Assembly (NCBI GenBank): GCA_965218435.1
Contig: CBDCKW010000009.1
Location: 1,856,001-1,920,000, forward strand
From: Truepera sp.
GTDB taxonomy: Bacteria > Deinococcota > Deinococci > Deinococcales > Trueperaceae
Length of the DNA stretch: 64,000 nt
Reading direction: 5' to 3'
Shown here: one piece after another, positions 61,914 through 64,000 of the stretch
Position numbering within the stretch: the stretch's first letter is position 1
Layout of the letters: each line of letters opens with the position of its first letter
The notes under the pieces: model-generated
The model's input: the letters and a program-made list of their open reading frames with translations, nothing else
The model's database searches: none
Told to the model about the DNA's origin: nothing
Translations under genes and position numbers: made by a program

Positions 61914-63035
61914 CTACCGTTCGACTTTGCGCTTGCCGAAAAGCCCCCGCAAACGGTGACCGAGTGTTTCGTGCGCCTCTAACGTCTCGCCGGTCTCTTC
62001 GGCATAGGCTTCAATCAGCTCTCGTGCTTTAGGCGAGAGGTTTTTAGGAATCTCAACCTGTGTGGTGACGATCAAATCCCCCATACCGACGCTTTGCAGG
62101 CGCGGCATCCCTTTGCCGCGTAAGCGGAACTCAGTGCCCGGTTGCGTTCCCGGCGGAACATTGACTGCCTCAGGTTCGTCCAGGGTGGGGACTTCAAAAG
62201 CGCTACCGAGAGCTGCCTGGGCGATACCGACCGGCAGGGCGTAGCGGAGGTCGTCGCCGTCACGGGTCAGGTGCTCGTGGGGCTCGAGATCAATATAGAC
62301 ATACAGGTCGCCTGCCTGTGCCCCGTCGAGGCCGACGTTACCCGCACGCGGAATCCGCAGCCGGTAGCCCGCGTCAATCCCGCGCGGCAGCTTGACAGTG
62401 ACAGTGTCTTCGACTTTCATCCGGCCCGCGCCCATACATTTGCCGCACGGCGTCGTGACGATCTCGCCTAAGCCGCGGCACTGCGGGCATACTTGATTGG
62501 TCACGACGGTACCAAAAAACGACTGTGCCTGCGCCCTTACCTGTCCGGCTCCGTGACACGTCGGGCAGGTTTTACGCCCCTCGCTCCCCGGTTCGGCGCG
62601 TGAGCCGTCGCAGCGGTCACAGAGACCTAGACGCCCCAGTTCAAGCGGTACCCCCGCACCGTCGCGGGCCTGCTCGAGCGTGACAGACAGGCTGGCCTCG
62701 AGGTCTTCGCCCGGTTGCCCCCGCTGCACGCGGCTCCCGGCACTACTAAAGCCACCGCCGAAACCGCCGCCAAAGACTGAGGAGAAGATGTCGAAGATAT
62801 CGCCGGAAAACTGCGCTTGTGGGTCAGCCGAGCCGAAACGGTCGTAACGTGACCGTTTCTCCGGGTCGGAGAGCACCGCGTAAGCTTCGTTCAGCTGCTT
62901 AAAGGTCTCTTCGGCTTCGTGGTCGCCGGGGTTGCGGTCGGGGTGATACTTGAGCGCGAGTTTGCGGTAGGCGGTTTTGATGCCGCCCGCGTCAATCTCG
63001 CGTGAAACGCCTAGAAGCTCGTAGTAATCTGCCAT
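61914..63035 (-). CDS. dnaJ: Chaperone DnaJ
   Basis: HPD J-domain, G/F region, four CxxCxGxG-type repeats. Confidence 0.95.
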   Translation of the reverse strand: MADYYELLGVSREIDAGGIKTAYRKLALKYHPDRNPGDHEAEETFKQLNEAYAVLSDPEKRSRYDRFGSADPQAQFSGDIFDIFSSVFGGGFGGGFSSAGSRVQRGQPGEDLEASLSVTLEQARDGAGVPLELGRLGLCDRCDGSRAEPGSEGRKTCPTCHGAGQVRAQAQSFFGTVVTNQVCPQCRGLGEIVTTPCGKCMGAGRMKVEDTVTVKLPRGIDAGYRLRIPRAGNVGLDGAQAGDLYVYIDLEPHEHLTRDGDDLRYALPVGIAQAALGSAFEVPTLDEPEAVNVPPGTQPGTEFRLRGKGMPRLQSVGMGDLIVTTQVEIPKNLSPKARELIEAYAEETGETLEAHETLGHRLRGLFGKRKVER

Positions 63036-63468
63036 TAAGGGAGTATAACGAACCTTTTAGATTTTTCGGCGTAAAGCTTATACATAAGCGCCAAAGGTTG
63101 GCGTAGCCAGCTTCGCCGCATCAACCGAACAAGCTAAAGACCTCGAGCCTTCTCAGCGCGTCTCCTAAAAGTAAAAAGCCAACTATTCCGACAAGCCGCA
63201 GCATCGTTTCTCGAGCTTCGTAGTTGCGGCGTTTTTCGTAACGTGTAAACCACGCTTCGTAACGGTTGCCAAACGGTAGGTTTCAAACGGCAATAAGGGA
63301 GGTGAGACAAAGATAAAAAGCTACAACGCCGCCCGCTTATACAAGCGTAAAACAACCCGTAAAAGGCTACAGTCTGAAGCACTTGTTATGTAAGACACTA
63401 ACCGTAACGATAGGTACTCCTACGGTGAAACTTGATGTGTACCAGGTAGCAAAACGAAAGGCGGTCCG

Positions 63469-63891
63469 ATGAAAAAGTTGTTGGTAGCAACAATAGTTTT
63501 GGGATTAGGGGTGTCTGCTTTCGCGCAACAAGGATCACAACTCTACCAGCAGAACTGTGCCCAGTGCCACGGTGACAACGGGGGCGGAGGCATTGGGCCA
63601 GCTCTAGCGGGCGACCAAAAGCTCAAAAGCGCGAGCTATCACATCACCCGTATCCTTAATGGCGGCGGCGGAATGCCCGCTTACGCCGGTCAGCTCTCCG
63701 ACCAGCAGATTGCCATTATTGCCACCTATGAGCGGACCTCATGGGGTAACAAGTTCAGCAAGATCACGCCCAAGCAGGTCACCCAGGTGCGGCAAGGTCA
63801 GGGTGCAAGCGGAGGAAAAACGGGGAGCGGTTCGCAAAGCGGTAAGTCGCAGAGTGGAGGTTCAGGGGGCAGCTACTTACGCAAGCGGTAG
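63469..63891 (+). CDS. Periplasmic class I cytochrome c with a Gly/Ser-rich tail
   Basis: Signal peptide, CAQCH, GMPAY. Confidence 0.9.
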   Translation: MKKLLVATIVLGLGVSAFAQQGSQLYQQNCAQCHGDNGGGGIGPALAGDQKLKSASYHITRILNGGGGMPAYAGQLSDQQIAIIATYERTSWGNKFSKITPKQVTQVRQGQGASGGKTGSGSQSGKSQSGGSGGSYLRKR

Positions 63892-64000
63892 GTCAAAGCA
63901 TAAACATAACTGCTCTCGAGGGGTAGAGCTGAGTTGTAAGCGGCGAGGCAGGACTTGCGCCAGTGCCCCTGTACCGACTCAGTTTTTCAATATTCTGGGC

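Noticed and set aside
63134..63460. ORF 63134-63382 and TTCGTA/AAACGG repeats between dnaJ and cytochrome c
   Set aside because: The ORF lacks protein-like composition and the repeats are short and irregularly spaced. A weak hairpin at 63195-63236 is not enough to call a feature.

Overview
A ~58% GC bacterial chromosome segment, most likely from Deinococcota (Truepera-like). The evidence is the LysW-dependent alpha-aminoadipate lysine operon, a nested alpha/beta aspartate kinase, and many -10 boxes directly adjacent to start codons. In order, it holds: the lys cluster (hcs-lysT-lysU-lysW-lysX...lysY...lysZ-NUDIX-lysJ) interleaved with accessory genes (RHH-PIN toxin-antitoxin pair, AlkZ/YcaQ-like glycosylase, GNAT, DinB, a low-GC orphan); a MalT-like/TPR/BTAD regulator divergent from two DUF1080 lipoproteins; ask, glmM, kynB-kynU, wrbA/HxlR, MATE; alaS-cof-ruvX-mltG-lolE-like; traB-recX; tRNA-Pro(CGG); sir-cysH and siroheme genes with a decayed nirBD; sucA-sucB-[decayed AT-rich islet with IS4 and IS200]-lpdA; dnaJ and a cytochrome c. 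Three signals stand out. (1) A perfect 37-bp duplication flanks a 36-bp GC-rich insert inside an AT-rich gene, matching the geometry of an off-target Cas1-Cas2 spacer integration (neo-CRISPR). (2) The palindrome CTCGAG is strongly over-represented (HIP-like), and two internally deleted paralog mini-genes have junctions on CTCGAG or CTCGCG. (3) A shared TACTTGA-N9-TCAACTA operator lies upstream of both the sulfite reductase and siroheme genes. All calls come from reading the sequence; no database searches were run.
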